Part shown: positions 1-13,300 of the stretch, one piece after another
Layout: the number at the start of each line of letters is the position of its first letter
Position numbering within the stretch: position 1 is the first letter of the stretch
DNA from: Trichoplax adhaerens
Lineage: Eukaryota > Animalia > Placozoa
Direction: 5' to 3'
DNA length: 64,000 nucleotides
Assembly: GCF_000150275.1 (NCBI RefSeq)
Contig: NW_002060943.1
Location: 3,926,008 to 3,990,007, forward strand
Notes under the pieces: model-generated
Database searches by the model: none
What the model saw: only the letters and a program-made list of their open reading frames with translations
What the model was told of the DNA's origin: nothing
Position numbers and translations under genes: made by a program

Positions 1-2962
1 GAAAAGTATGAACTTCAAACTGAAAAGCTTTCAGTTAGTTACCAATAAGCTTGACTTGACGTTTTAGCCTACGAGCTGCTGCTAAACCATTTAAATACAT
101 GATAGCAGAATATAAATTCATGTTATTGTATGATAATGCAACCACGTTTGAAAACTACATGTGAAAAATTGTACTATGCTGATTTTCTTGAATTTTGGAA
201 CCTTTCCTAAATTAACAAAAGAAGACTCAAGTATTTTCTGTATTTTAATATATAACTGTATTTTATTATATGAAAATGTCTTATCCATGTTTTACGCAGA
301 TTTCAATGAAACAAATTACATACGATCTTACTATTTTTCTATCTGCAATAAGGATTTAATATTATGATTGTTGATTGATTCATCTTATTTACAGTAATGG
401 GGGCCTTAATGTTTAAATTCGTGGTATTTGTGTTTTAGAACTCTACTATTTTTAGAGCAACCAGATTAACGTGTTTACCCTGCCATCGGATTGCTAAGTT
501 GTTTTAACGATATAACAATTCAGTGATTTAGCGGTAAAGAAATGAGTGTTTTACGCAGCATAAAGCCTACCAATATATTAGCTGCCATGATGACCCTCAT
601 AATATTAGATCGTAACATTAGTCCGAAGTATTAGCATGTTTTTTTCTATGAGACATGCCATTTAGACCGTGATTCTTCTATTAAGCTGAATCTAGTAAGC
701 GGAAATGATTTTGATTGGAAATTTGGATATTATCATGAAGTAATTTCCAGATGTCAGTTCTATGATTTACAATAAAGTCAATATGAAAAATTTCATCTTA
801 AATAGGAACTAGTAATTAGGATAATGGTTTATATAGCATCTACTGTATTACCTGGATGCACGAAAAATTGAAATTGATAAAAATTGTTGAGCGATTATCA
901 AAGATTCTACTAGGCAGCAACTGACATAAAGATAATAAATATAAAATATCAAATTCTAAAGCCTAAGGGTAAATATTGCTATTAATGTATTTTGTAAATA
1001 CTAAATTTTAATTTCTTAAGTTCCTTTATAGCCAAGATGCGAACAAATGCAAAAATGAAATTAAATATCATTGCTTACTATTAGTTCATTTCAATGTTAT
1101 ACGCGTAGATTTTAAGTAAAATTCATAGCGGAGCTCGAAGTAATGAAGTAAATCAGGAGATTAGCATATTATTAAAACGGAATATGCTTTATACGAGACT
1201 TATACGAGTACTAATGTAATTAGCTAACTGCACGATTTATACGTGTAAAGGTGCCCATAGCAAAGTACACATAGTGTTATGTAATAGAACATAGTAAAAT
1301 TCACTAGTTCTTTCTAAGAACTAGGCATACAATACAACGCATAAGAATACTTACACATTCTACGATTAAATTTGAGACGCCATCTGTCTAGTATTATGAT
1401 AACATTATGCTTAGCGATTAACTGAAATTCTCTAAAAGTTGCATGTGTGATCAGGATTTCAACATATAAAAGTAATGGATTAACATGCAATTTTCTCAAT
1501 TACCAGTTATCGATCACATCTGTCCAACTATCTTATATGGCAATATCTATTTATCTTCTAAACCGATTTGCCCAACTATTTAATTTTTAATTTGAATTGC
1601 AAAAGTACCGTATTTCTGTTAAGGTATAGAATACAAAATTTCAGTTCAAGCTTTCTAAATGATGCATGCTACAGCGTACAGGATGTAGATCAAACTTCTA
1701 CATATATTAATATCTATTTGAATATCCACACCGCCTGTTAATCTCACAATTCAGTTTGTCCCCATAAAGTTTGATTTTTTAGTGTTAATTTGGAAATAAT
1801 CCTATCATGAGGTGATATGTAAAACATTCAGTTTGAGCTTTTGAATCCTCCAATCTACAAAATATGTATAATGATTCATTGTCCGTACACATTAATAGCT
1901 TTTCATTCTTTCATGCAAAACCGTTCATGATCGTAACCTTGCGGAATCAGCTATTTTATTATAAAAATTTGCTCCTTATATATCAAAGGCAACTACACTA
2001 CATAGTTTTAGCTTAAAATAGTAATTAATAAGCTTGTCTTGATAATGAAATACCCGTAGTAATCGGTGAGCATATCACTTTTTTCTTGACTTATTATCAA
2101 TTGCAAAGTTACTCCATTATCTTTGAGAATGGGATATTCCAGTACTAATGAGTTGAAAAATTTATTGAATTGTTAGAAACTTAAGTTATACGTATAAATA
2201 GGATTAGTCGTAAATCTAGAACATTATAGGAGTTACGATTGCAGTTTTGTAGCTTTACATTTCCAACTTTTAGCAAGTTGAATAAAGAATGAATTTTTAT
2301 GATAAACCGATCGATAATATATGTATATATAATATATATATGTATACAAAAATTGAATTTTATAAGATTCTTATGTATTTTTAATAAATAAATGTAATAT
2401 CACGTTAATTATACTACCAAACGTAAGTTGAATTATACTGGACTTGCAGCAAATTATCAAACCTTCGATGCGCTAGAAATTATACCGTAACATTTCTTTA
2501 AATTCAATTACACGAATAGTCTTCTGCTACATTACCTTAAATTTCTTAACAAAAGGTAAAGGTATATTATAAAATGATTATAACATATGCATAGATAAGT
2601 TGATCATCGTTACGTGTAAATTTCTCTTATGATACACAGTATATCATCAAGTTTAACGTTTACAAGTCCTTAGCAGAACAGTATTGCGGATACTCGTAGG
2701 CCCACCAGCTAATAATAATCGTTTTACGAAATTCAATGGCCTACTAATAGTAAAAACAGACGAAATAAAAAATGTTTATATTGATGAACTCAATGAAATT
2801 GTAAATGCCATATTGTGATAGTAAAATTATCGTAGCATAGGCTTTTAACTTATTCCAATCGAGCCGCTTGAGACTTAAGACAGTAGATAGTAACCTATTC
2901 TTAATCTACAATCCTGTAGAATAATCATGGATTACGGTGACGAATTTACTGAAACAAAGTGA

Positions 2963-4884
2963 TTAATCAACTTTCACTACTCGTTTTGGTAAATCAAAGA
3001 CAATTGGTTTGTTGGTGGGCTTATAGTGTTGTGTACATGTAGAAGCATTAATAAATTTCGTTGTATCATTGGTGGTAACCCCATAACCTTCATGAATATG
3101 GCCAAAGATATGATATAAAGGTTTAACTTCCTTTTCTACAATATATAATAAATCAACACAGCCAGCTCTGACTCTCGTTTTACAATAATCTCCATGACCT
3201 AATGGTGGCCCATGAGTAATTAGAATGTCTGTATCAGTCGGGATTAATTTCCATTTGGAGAAGCATTCTTGACCTCGTTCTAAATTGAAACCCATGTCGC
3301 TAAATCGTGGTTGCCACGGGGATCCATAAATTTTATAGTTATACAATTCTATAAAACTGTCTTCTAAATAAATACAGTTGGTCAATAATGATTTACACCA
3401 TTGTGCAGTAGAGGCATGTCTACCGTAATCGAAAGTCTCATCTAGGCAAATTTCGTGATTTCCGGCTACGGCAACCTTGTATGCATGTGGTAACTCGCCT
3501 ACGAATGAATTAAAGCGAATAACCTCATCTACATTGCCATACATAGTAAAATCGCCTGCATGAATTAAGATATCACCATCAGGGATAAATTTATCTGGTA
3601 GTCTAGATTGCAGTGAATGTGTATCTGATATGCACACAATGCGTATATCATTTTCCGCTTTGACGATTGGCGTTTCTAGTGTTATAGCATTTGCTATCGA
3701 GTGGTTTGTTAAAAATATTTCTTTCCAAGCCAAGTCAGGTGCCCTAGCTAGCGGGTGATGCTGCAGCGATACAACTGATTTTGACGCTTCTATGGAGAAA
3801 GTACGGAAAATAAGGTTATAATCAAAGGAAGGATTTTCTCATTTCTATAAACAGTCCTCACATATATAATTTACCCTAAACCAGAATTCTATCTGAATTA
3901 ATTTATTAGCAAAATAATCGTCAATGAATCATATAATTTATGGACTGGAAAGCTAACCAATGGATTGATAATATTAGCATAGATTGAATTAATTGAAAGT
4001 TTTTATTTATTTAGTATGCAAGAAATGATCTAGTTTAATTAGCGTAGGTTGGATTTTATCGCGAATCTTACTTGTTTAGAGGACAAAAAATGATTTAATT
4101 TGATTTCGTTAACCTGTTAAAGCTGTATGTCAGTGAACAAGCGTACTAAGAAGAGAACTGGTCGTATGAGGGATTCTCTGATTTGATCCAATAAAAAAGC
4201 TAAATGATACTATTTGTCTATGAGATAGCCACCTACTAAGAAAGGATTGTTGCCTTTTGGTCAAGAAATAGATATAGAATAGCTAATGTTAGCATCTTGT
4301 AGTTGCTAGGCTATTGCAAAATTGAGAAAAGATTTGTATCGTGTATCTATGCTTAGCATTCCAACCACCTCTGTCTGGTTGATATTTTTAATACTTTTCT
4401 ATTTGACTTTAGTATCTATGCTGTAAATCTCGTGAACAAATTGTGCACCAATGGCCTGATTGTCCTATCGGATATCATTTATGGTCATCATCAAACGTCT
4501 GCTATTTTATCTACTATATATGTCTATGGTGAATAATCATTGGTGAACGGTTGTTGTACATCCATGACCGGATTAACTTCGCCTACCTTCGAATGAGGGT
4601 AAGCATACATTGCACTATCATCGATGGGCATTTTAGGGGATAATATAGAATAGAACAACGTATTGGCTATACTTTAACCTAGTCACACTCGTATCATTCT
4701 AGCCTTTTCTAATATTACAGATAGATGAGTAAGGTAATAATGGCTAAATTCTTGTTACAACTAGTCCATACTTAATAAGAAAGTTAGAAAGTAGTGTAGT
4801 TTATTCCTAGTACAGACGAAAATCGTCATTTTTGCTTTATTTCTTACCTTTCTTATGAATGTGTGACTTGATCATACGACGCAT
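2963..4884 (-). CDS. MPPED2: Metallophosphoesterase domain protein, MPPED1/MPPED2 (239FB)-like; main exon 3789-2963 plus probable upstream exon ending at 4848
   Basis: Calcineurin-like motifs CISDTH, HAGDFT, AGNHE, LITHGPP, FGHIHEGYG, FINAS in ORF 2963-3733. The frame stays open to an AG acceptor at 3789 (..HPLARAPDLAWK). An upstream exon MRRMIKSHIHKK ends G|gtaaga in matching phase 1; the start codon is uncertain. Confidence 0.88.
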
Positions 4885-5404
4885 TATAATCCTGCTACGG
4901 ATACAGTGTTCTTTTTCGACTACTGGTATACGTAATAAATGGGGATAGAGTAATAGAAGAATTGAGGATTAATCCAAATGGTTCATTCAGCCTCCAATAA
5001 CATGGATGGAAAATGGAAAATGAAACGATAGTAAAGTATTTTATACATTAGAATACAGGTCCCATAAGTTTTGCTTGCTTAGTAGAAACACGTTCGGTGT
5101 TGATATAGATTAGAAGATAGCTGTAATGAATATTCTGTTGGAAGTGTTGCTAATTTAATATCTGTAAAGGGCTGCTTTTGGATTATATCATTTTAAACTT
5201 GTTAATAATATTAATATTAATGTGTTAAATAGTAGAAGTCTAGACCTAGAAAAGCCGTAAAATGACTATACGCAGGCGTAATTGCTTATGGCATAATATC
5301 GGGGTGTGGGGTAGTTTGAATAATTAATTAATTAAATTCAGGAAAGATGAACACAATCGAAAATAAATGAGCCAAATTTAATATAATTTTATAGTTATGT
5401 AATT

Positions 5405-6592
5405 TCACTAATTTTATAGCTTGATCATAATTGAACTTGTTGAATTCGATTGCGAGAATGATCAAGTTAGATACGTACTGTATTGTCATCATAAAGTCAG
5501 CATCTGATTCAAAACACCACATTCGATCACAGCTAGTATGGGATAGTTTGCATAATTTTATGGTATAGCTCTATCTATATTGCACTACTACTGTCTTCTG
5601 CATAGAATACATATCGACAGTAGTGAGTAACTGAGCATATCATCTTAATTACTTACTGGCCAGTCAGACGTTGGCACTAGTTAGTTTATACTGGTGTTAT
5701 ATATAGTGTATTATATACTGACGCTACTTCGAATACTAGATCCATTCCTTACATTTATCCTTTACTCTCTCTCACTACATCTTGCGTGTTAATAACTCCT
5801 TATCGGACTAGGGGAAATATTACAAAGTTAGCCTCCGGTTCAAATAGCGTATTAGATCACATCTAATATGAAGCAGTTGGGATAATTTTATAGATTGATC
5901 ATAATTGAACTTGGCAAATTCGATTTTGAGAAAGATCAAATTACATACGAATTATCATTAGGGATCATCATGAAGTTAACATCCGCTTCAAACCACTGCA
6001 TTAGATCACATCTAATATGGAGAAATTTAGATAATATTATACTGTAGTTACATGTCACGTTCTGTAATAGTTACATAATTAGTATGTTACCTTCTTTCTA
6101 TATATGGTTAAATATCACGATGTTATTATCACGTCATGCGTATATAGATGTAGTTATGGTACTATATTAAGCTTATCTACATATGTATTCTCATGTTGCC
6201 ATACTCGGTATGATATCCTATTTGTAATGCCTAAACTAGGGAAACCTTTCTCTTAGTGATGATCTTGTGATCTACGCCAGTAGATCAAAGGTCACAATAA
6301 AGAAAGTATATAAACTCATTATTTTAACAATAAAGTTAGTTCTTCAACTTAATTACTGGGTCTCCTTGCTGAGTGCAGATCTAGTACTTGTTACAAAATT
6401 TGGAAGTTGTAACATTACATCACAACTGAACTTAGCCAACTTGATTCTGAGAATGACTAAGTTACTTATTACCATTATGAAGTTAACATCTGCTTCAAAA
6501 CGTTACATTAGATCACACCTAGTACCATATGCAGTAGTTTGGATAATCTTATACTGTAGTTCCGTCATAATTGAACTTAGTAATTCGATTCG
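5405..6592. repeat. Degenerate ~150-bp dispersed/tandem repeat, 3-4 partial copies
   Basis: Blocks tcataattgaactt, ttagatcaca(t/c)cta, aagttaacatc, ataat(t/c)ttata recur at ~5410-5560, 5825-6045 and 6425-6592. Confidence 0.75.
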
Positions 6593-7357
6593 AAGATAAT
6601 TTGTAGGTGATAGGCACTGATATTAAGGAAGCTGAATTTGCTATTGAAGAATAAAAGTAGGGAAATCTTTTCCTCTCTTGCAGTAGCATAATTTTATTAT
6701 ATTTACTAGCTATATGGTGAGAATTGGACCAATCGGAACATTTGGATGCAAATGCACGGTAACCATTACAATACAAGGTCAACATAAAATTTTTATTAGC
6801 TAGAACATTAATAAGTTGGATAAATAATGGACGAAACCATGAACGTCGACATAGTATAGCAACTACAGCATAACCTCTCTAAAATTTCGAATATTTTAGA
6901 TAGACTAAGTATACCAATACTTGGTAAGGCTTTACATACTTGAAACATGACGTTAGTAGCATCCGGACAGAAATGTCAATAAAGGTAACCTTTACTGTAT
7001 TTATCGCATAGGTACTGTTTAATTAATGTACCTATGACTGAATATATGACAACCGTCTAGTTGGCAAACTCTTCTATACACATATAAATATTGCTATCGT
7101 TAACCAATTTTATGCTATCGGTACCGTAAACCGATATAATGTTATAGTTAGATATATTGCATCATACCATTTATATGTACGTGTATATACCTTGCAATTT
7201 AACTATATATAAACCAATCTCTTCTATTCTAACAAATAGTCTTATTCAAATTTCTTAAAGGAATTAAAAAGTACATACACAAGACTTTTATAAATTACTG
7301 CAACTTCCCTGCTGCATGGCTTTAAGACAATTTTAAAGTATTGGCAACAAGTATAAA

Positions 7358-10300
7358 CTATGATTCATGTTGATTCGATGTTTTGATTAATAAAACAATG
7401 AAGGTAAGGGTTCGCCACCCTACCAAGAGAGCAGCAAGCATACCGACGTCGAAGTAAATATTTTCCTATTTAACCAATGATTTTAAAGAAAATATGACAT
7501 CAATATGCATTCATAAACATCATGAGACTCGAGAGAACAACACATTGTAATTTACCGGCGAGAAATTGTAAAATTGTAATACTTCATGGCCATTGTGAAA
7601 GCAGGTAGGTAACCCGGGGCTACAAGCTGTTGTAGACGTGTCAAGAAAGGTGATGATTATTAATAAAATAAGTAAGTAAAAGTCAGTATAAAATTAATTC
7701 AGGAATTGTACTTAGGTTTCCAAAATTTTCCCATTGATTTATGCTTAATGCTTCAAAACCATAATTGAACCACGAGATATACTTGATCCAGACCAAGTAC
7801 ACTGGCTCCGAACTAGCAAAAAATCATATAATAAAATAAAATGTTAGGTTTAGTTGTAGTTATTTTTTACAGCAGCTTTCGTTTGTAATTACTATCACAA
7901 AACAGATGCTCATGCTATACCCGCTTCTCAAAAAAAATCCGCCAAAGATCATAAGCGGTAGAACAAATAACGGTCCAAGAGCAGTAGCAACTACAATGGA
8001 GCTTGACATACTTGAAATCAAGTAGCCTACAATAAATAGTATCACAGAGTATCATGAGCTTATGTATAAAAAATAAACTAGTTAGGATAACGGTATATCT
8101 TACCGTACGAAGTTGCAACATTTGCAATTAAAACAACAATTCCATAATGTATTAAAAAGTTTACGAATCCAGGATTCAGACCTAGAAAGAAGCGATGATA
8201 TTTATCGTGCACAACGTTACGATCCCAATGTAAGCGAAGAATGTAAAATTACTTATTTATACTGTTTAATTGCACCGCTAATGTAACTCGTTCTTACCAA
8301 TCATCCAATATGAAACTACCACAAATAGAAGAGGCAGTAGAAAGAAATATGGCATCTGTAAATTAGAAGTTAAAAAGAACGGATATACCAGGTAAAACAA
8401 CGGAAAGTGAAAATTTTTATTGTACTATTTTATATGCAAAATCAATACCTCCACCATCGTTTTACAAATATAGTAAACATCCGTTCTGTACATTCCATTT
8501 CGATGCTCACGAAGAAACACAGGAAGCTCTAAAGGAAATGTCTGCAGCATAGGCAAATAACGAAATGCAGTATAAATTTCAATCCTTAAGAAACTGTTAT
8601 TACGGAAGCCAGATAACAATACATGTACACTCTACTGTATATCCTAGATGATGTGCATGTAGAACATACTTGTAAAACACTGAATACGTAGCCCATGGAA
8701 CTATTGGCAACTATAAAAAATATTGCTCCTGCAACATTTTGTAAAGCATCTTGATCGTATTTTACTTGAAGATATATCAGACCAGATAGTAGGGCAGTTA
8801 CCTATTGAAAATATCAATTATTTTGTTGTCCTAATAAAGAGATAACCACACCGATATTGCTTTTATAACAATACAGTATTTGCAGGCTTACTATTGTTTG
8901 AAACACTCTAACTGAAGTGAGGCTTGGCTCTCTCCATATAGTTATTGCGGACCTCCAAGTTAATGCTTTAAACTGCTGTACCCATGTAGATTTATATCTA
9001 CCAATAATATTATTTCACAGTGATATAATCATCGGCGAATTTATTTAGACAATAACATAAAAGAAACTTACGGAGATTTTCGGACAATTCGAACTTCATC
9101 TTCAACCGGGCGAGATTCCTGTAACATTGATGTCAGCTTGTTATGGAGAATATACTGTACTGTACATTGTATCAGAAACTAATGAATTTTATATCCTATT
9201 AATTGTAAGAATTTTGAATTATGGAAAATCTTACGCTTGATTCTGGCTTTACAAAAAAATTGGAACTTTCAAAAGCATCACATATAGCCTAGTAACAGAA
9301 AAGAGTAAAAATCATTTATGGATAATTCTTACGCTTTATGGGATTCATTGAGATTAAAAAAATTTACGCCTGTATACAGCAATTTGCTACGAATGCTGAG
9401 CTCACAAGCCAATACGATTTAAAGTGCATATGAACTACTGCAATCAGGTGTTAGCTATGGATTATTTAGGAATAAATTTAGAGTGAAATAGGTATTATAG
9501 ACATGCTCATGTTGCTATACGACGGAAATATGAAACCAGAGTATCATAGCGATACAACACATTCGCTAAAATATACCGTGTATTAAATTGTAAATCATGC
9601 TTGACTTGACTGCCGCTTTCATTTTACAGATTATAGGAAGTACTGTAGCAAATCATAAATTCAAGTATCGCAAACGAATGATCTTAATAGACAATTTTTT
9701 ATCATAATAAATTTTAACGCAAAATATTAGCATCTGCAATAGGCCTTTCCCTGAATACGATGCAATGTAATATTTTTGCTATTATTTGCGAAGGAAAAAT
9801 AGATAACTCGTACAAGTAAGATTACCTGTACACGTTCGCGGCATTCGTCTGGATTAGATGGAACAATGGCAAGTTGAGAAATAAAATGGTCCGCAGGATT
9901 ATAATTAAGAGGACAGTGATAGCCAAGGCTGTATAATGTCAAGAATAGAATATGTTAACAGCTAATAAAAGACTAATTCTTTAGTAAACAATAAAATTAC
10001 AAATTGAACATACCCATTAAAAAATTGGAGTGCATTTTCTCTTGGTCCTAGATAAGCAATCTTCCCTTCTGCCATCAGTAAAATTCTACAACGAATATAT
10101 ACATATATATGAATAAGTATAATGAGTGGATTACAGAAATATAACGCAAGAAAACCCGCAACTATTTAACGTTCTTAAAAAGCTTTAACACGGTCTATAT
10201 TCAATATAAAAAAAGTCTTGTCAAACCTATTAAACATAGCATAGACCTCGGACGATGGCTGATGGATCGTGCATAAGATCGTTCTACCATCTAATGCCAG

Positions 10301-13300
10301 ATTTTGCAAGGCAGTAACCACACTTACTGCCATAAATGAGTCGAGACCCGAAGTTGGTTCATCAACAAAGAATAACTTTGGTTCAGTCAATAGCTGATAA
10401 AAATAAAAGAATTTTCTAAATAAGAATCGGAAATGTTTTACAAATACGTGTATCCCATAACGTATTAATAAATAAATAAATACATATTTTTGGGGTTCTA
10501 TCAAAAGTGCTGAAGAACAGTCTGAGAATATTAATGTTTATTTTCGAATAAATCCACGGAACGCACCTCAGATGCAAACATTAGCCTTCTTTTTTCACCA
10601 CCTGATATCCCTCTCATCTGACCAGTAATGCCAATAATTGTGTTGGCACACTTTGTTAATCCAAGCTAAATGTTGGCATTAGAATCAAGTTGTATTTTAA
10701 AAAGATGCAATAGACATAGAATAATAGTATCGACGACTAGGATAGCCAAACTCTGTTGTTCATAAGAATATCAATATTATCTCACCTGCTTGATTACTTC
10801 ATCTACTCGCATTATACGTTCTTCATACGAGAAATGCTTTTCCATTCGTAGTAATGCCTAAAATTCGATAGCATAGTTAAATACATTATTGAAGCTGTGA
10901 TTTCAAAAATAAATTACGAGCATCGATAGCTTGCATAAAAGGAACTATTAAAGGGACGTACTTGAAATACCAAGTGTTCCCGAACTTTCATTGTTCCGAT
11001 GAATAACTCTTCCTGCTGTACATAGGCTGAGATCTTCGCGATATCACGATTCATTGATTTACCGTTAACCGTAATATCACCATGTATTGACAGCGATCCA
11101 CAATTACGCCTTGCCAAAACATTCAATAGGGTTGTCTTACCAGCACCACTAGTAGAATTATTTATTTGATTTAAGATTGGAAATGTTAACAACAAAGTTA
11201 CTACTCTATCTTGAACATAACCATTCAATTTTTAATTTAAATCTTCCACCATCATTATATCAAAAGTTGGCATACCTTGCACCCATTACTGCGACGAGGG
11301 TACCAGGCTTAACTTCTCCGTGAACTTGATAAAATATCAAAAATTAAGATTAGTACTTTTAAATGATGTCCATACTCGTTGAAGACTTTATAGCATTAAT
11401 AGCACGATTAAATCCTTCATATCACGTACTGCCTCGAATGATAGACTTGACTTTAGTTTCAGTGCTTTCTTTACGAGCACAACATAAGCGCTTGAAAAAA
11501 CTTTGACCCTTTGGTTTTACATCAACAGTCAAATTAGACCATTTGATAGTGACTCCCGAGTCACTCTGTAAGCCATCTTTATCGATTGGAATTACAACGT
11601 TTGCACCATTGTTATGTGGGAATTCGTTAGATTTGACAAATTGTTGGTCTTTTTCATCTACGACGTTAAAATATTATCCAAGTGATCAATACCATATATA
11701 TATAGCTGTTATAGGACGTCTATTGTATGAATGTATAGAGTTGTAACGCATCTAACCCGCATTTGCTTCGGATGCATCAGAAGGTATCAAAATACTCGAT
11801 TCGTCTTCCTCTGGCTGCGAATGATGGTCCATTTCCAGCATCTCGCTATTACAAATTTAAGTAATGAAGTCATAAGTAATTCTATAATATGCATATAAAT
11901 TATGTATCATAACTATAGGCAATTATTACTGCATAAAGTCATCTATTATTAAAAGTGATCTTTTTCCTTTACTATGCCATCTGTACTGTCTGAGTTTGCC
12001 AATTTAGGCAAGAGCGACTCAAACTTAGAAGAGAATTTCTCCTTCTATTTGAGTAATTGTTGATTTTAAGTGTCAGTAATTCTTTGATATATCACATCTT
12101 GATCAACATATACTTAATGCACAGTTCGATTTGCACCACTGCAGTGAGTACAACTTAAGTCTGGCTTTTATATGAGTATATCTATGTATTTGTTGATACA
12201 GTTGCAACACCCAAAGACGTTTATACCTTGAGATATACAGTTATGAATTTTAATTTTAATGCACTGTACCTATAGGCTTCACCTCTCCTGACATGTCTGT
12301 CTGCTTAATTATATAGATATAATTATTATTATTTCATAATTCAAATACTGTAGAACAGTAAAATATGACCGTGGCGTATATTGGTCAAATTTCATGGCTA
12401 AGTAAAATGAAATTTTTTAACTATTCATCATATTTCTCATCACGCGTGATTTAAGTTAGTAATGAAATAATAATATAAATATTAATTCTATCGTAGCTAT
12501 GTAGGTCCAATTGAACGATTTTAGTTCTGTCGAACATGCAGTTTAGTACAGAGCAAACATTATTCATACTTATAATATACAATATCAAATTGTAATTTTA
12601 AAGCACTTTAATATGAATAATGTTTGCTCTGTGCCAAACTGTATGTTCGACAGAACTAAAATCGTTCAACTGGACCGATATCGTTATAATAGGATTAATA
12701 CTTATTTTATTATTTCATTACCGACTTAAATCACGCGTGATGAGAAATATGATAAATAGTTGAAAAGCTTAATTCTAATCGGCCTACTTGAATAAAAACC
12801 CCTAATTGTATTGGATAATCATACGACATAGACAAGTGTATGTGCAACAATGAATGCACTGCCAATTCACTACTGTATTTGCCCATAATTTGTATTGTAT
12901 GTCAAATTTGAGTTCGTAAACAAAATAGGATGCCGCTGTGAAGAGTCTGGATTAGACACAGCCGTTGCCGTTATTCCTTTTTTTCAATTTCAATGGATGT
13001 TCACGAACATCAATTACGTTTCTTGGGGTAAATTAATTATCGGAGAATTATTTGCGTCCTGACACTGTACCTGGGAATGCTATATGTACACCCATTATTT
13101 ATTTATACAGTATTACCATTGCTCACCATGAGTTTGTCTAAATTAGAATAACAAACAATATACGTTGTTATAATATACTGTAGGTATAAGTACATTGTAC
13201 AAAATCAAAGTTGGTTTGGTAATTGGAAATCGAAAATAGTGTATACTGTACTCAATTGTAGAATTGCATCTTCTATATTTTATCCGGGCGGATTCAGTCA

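Noticed and set aside
1-2900. Possible gene in the first 2.9 kb
   Set aside because: Very AT-rich, only short ORFs and no convincing exon chain.
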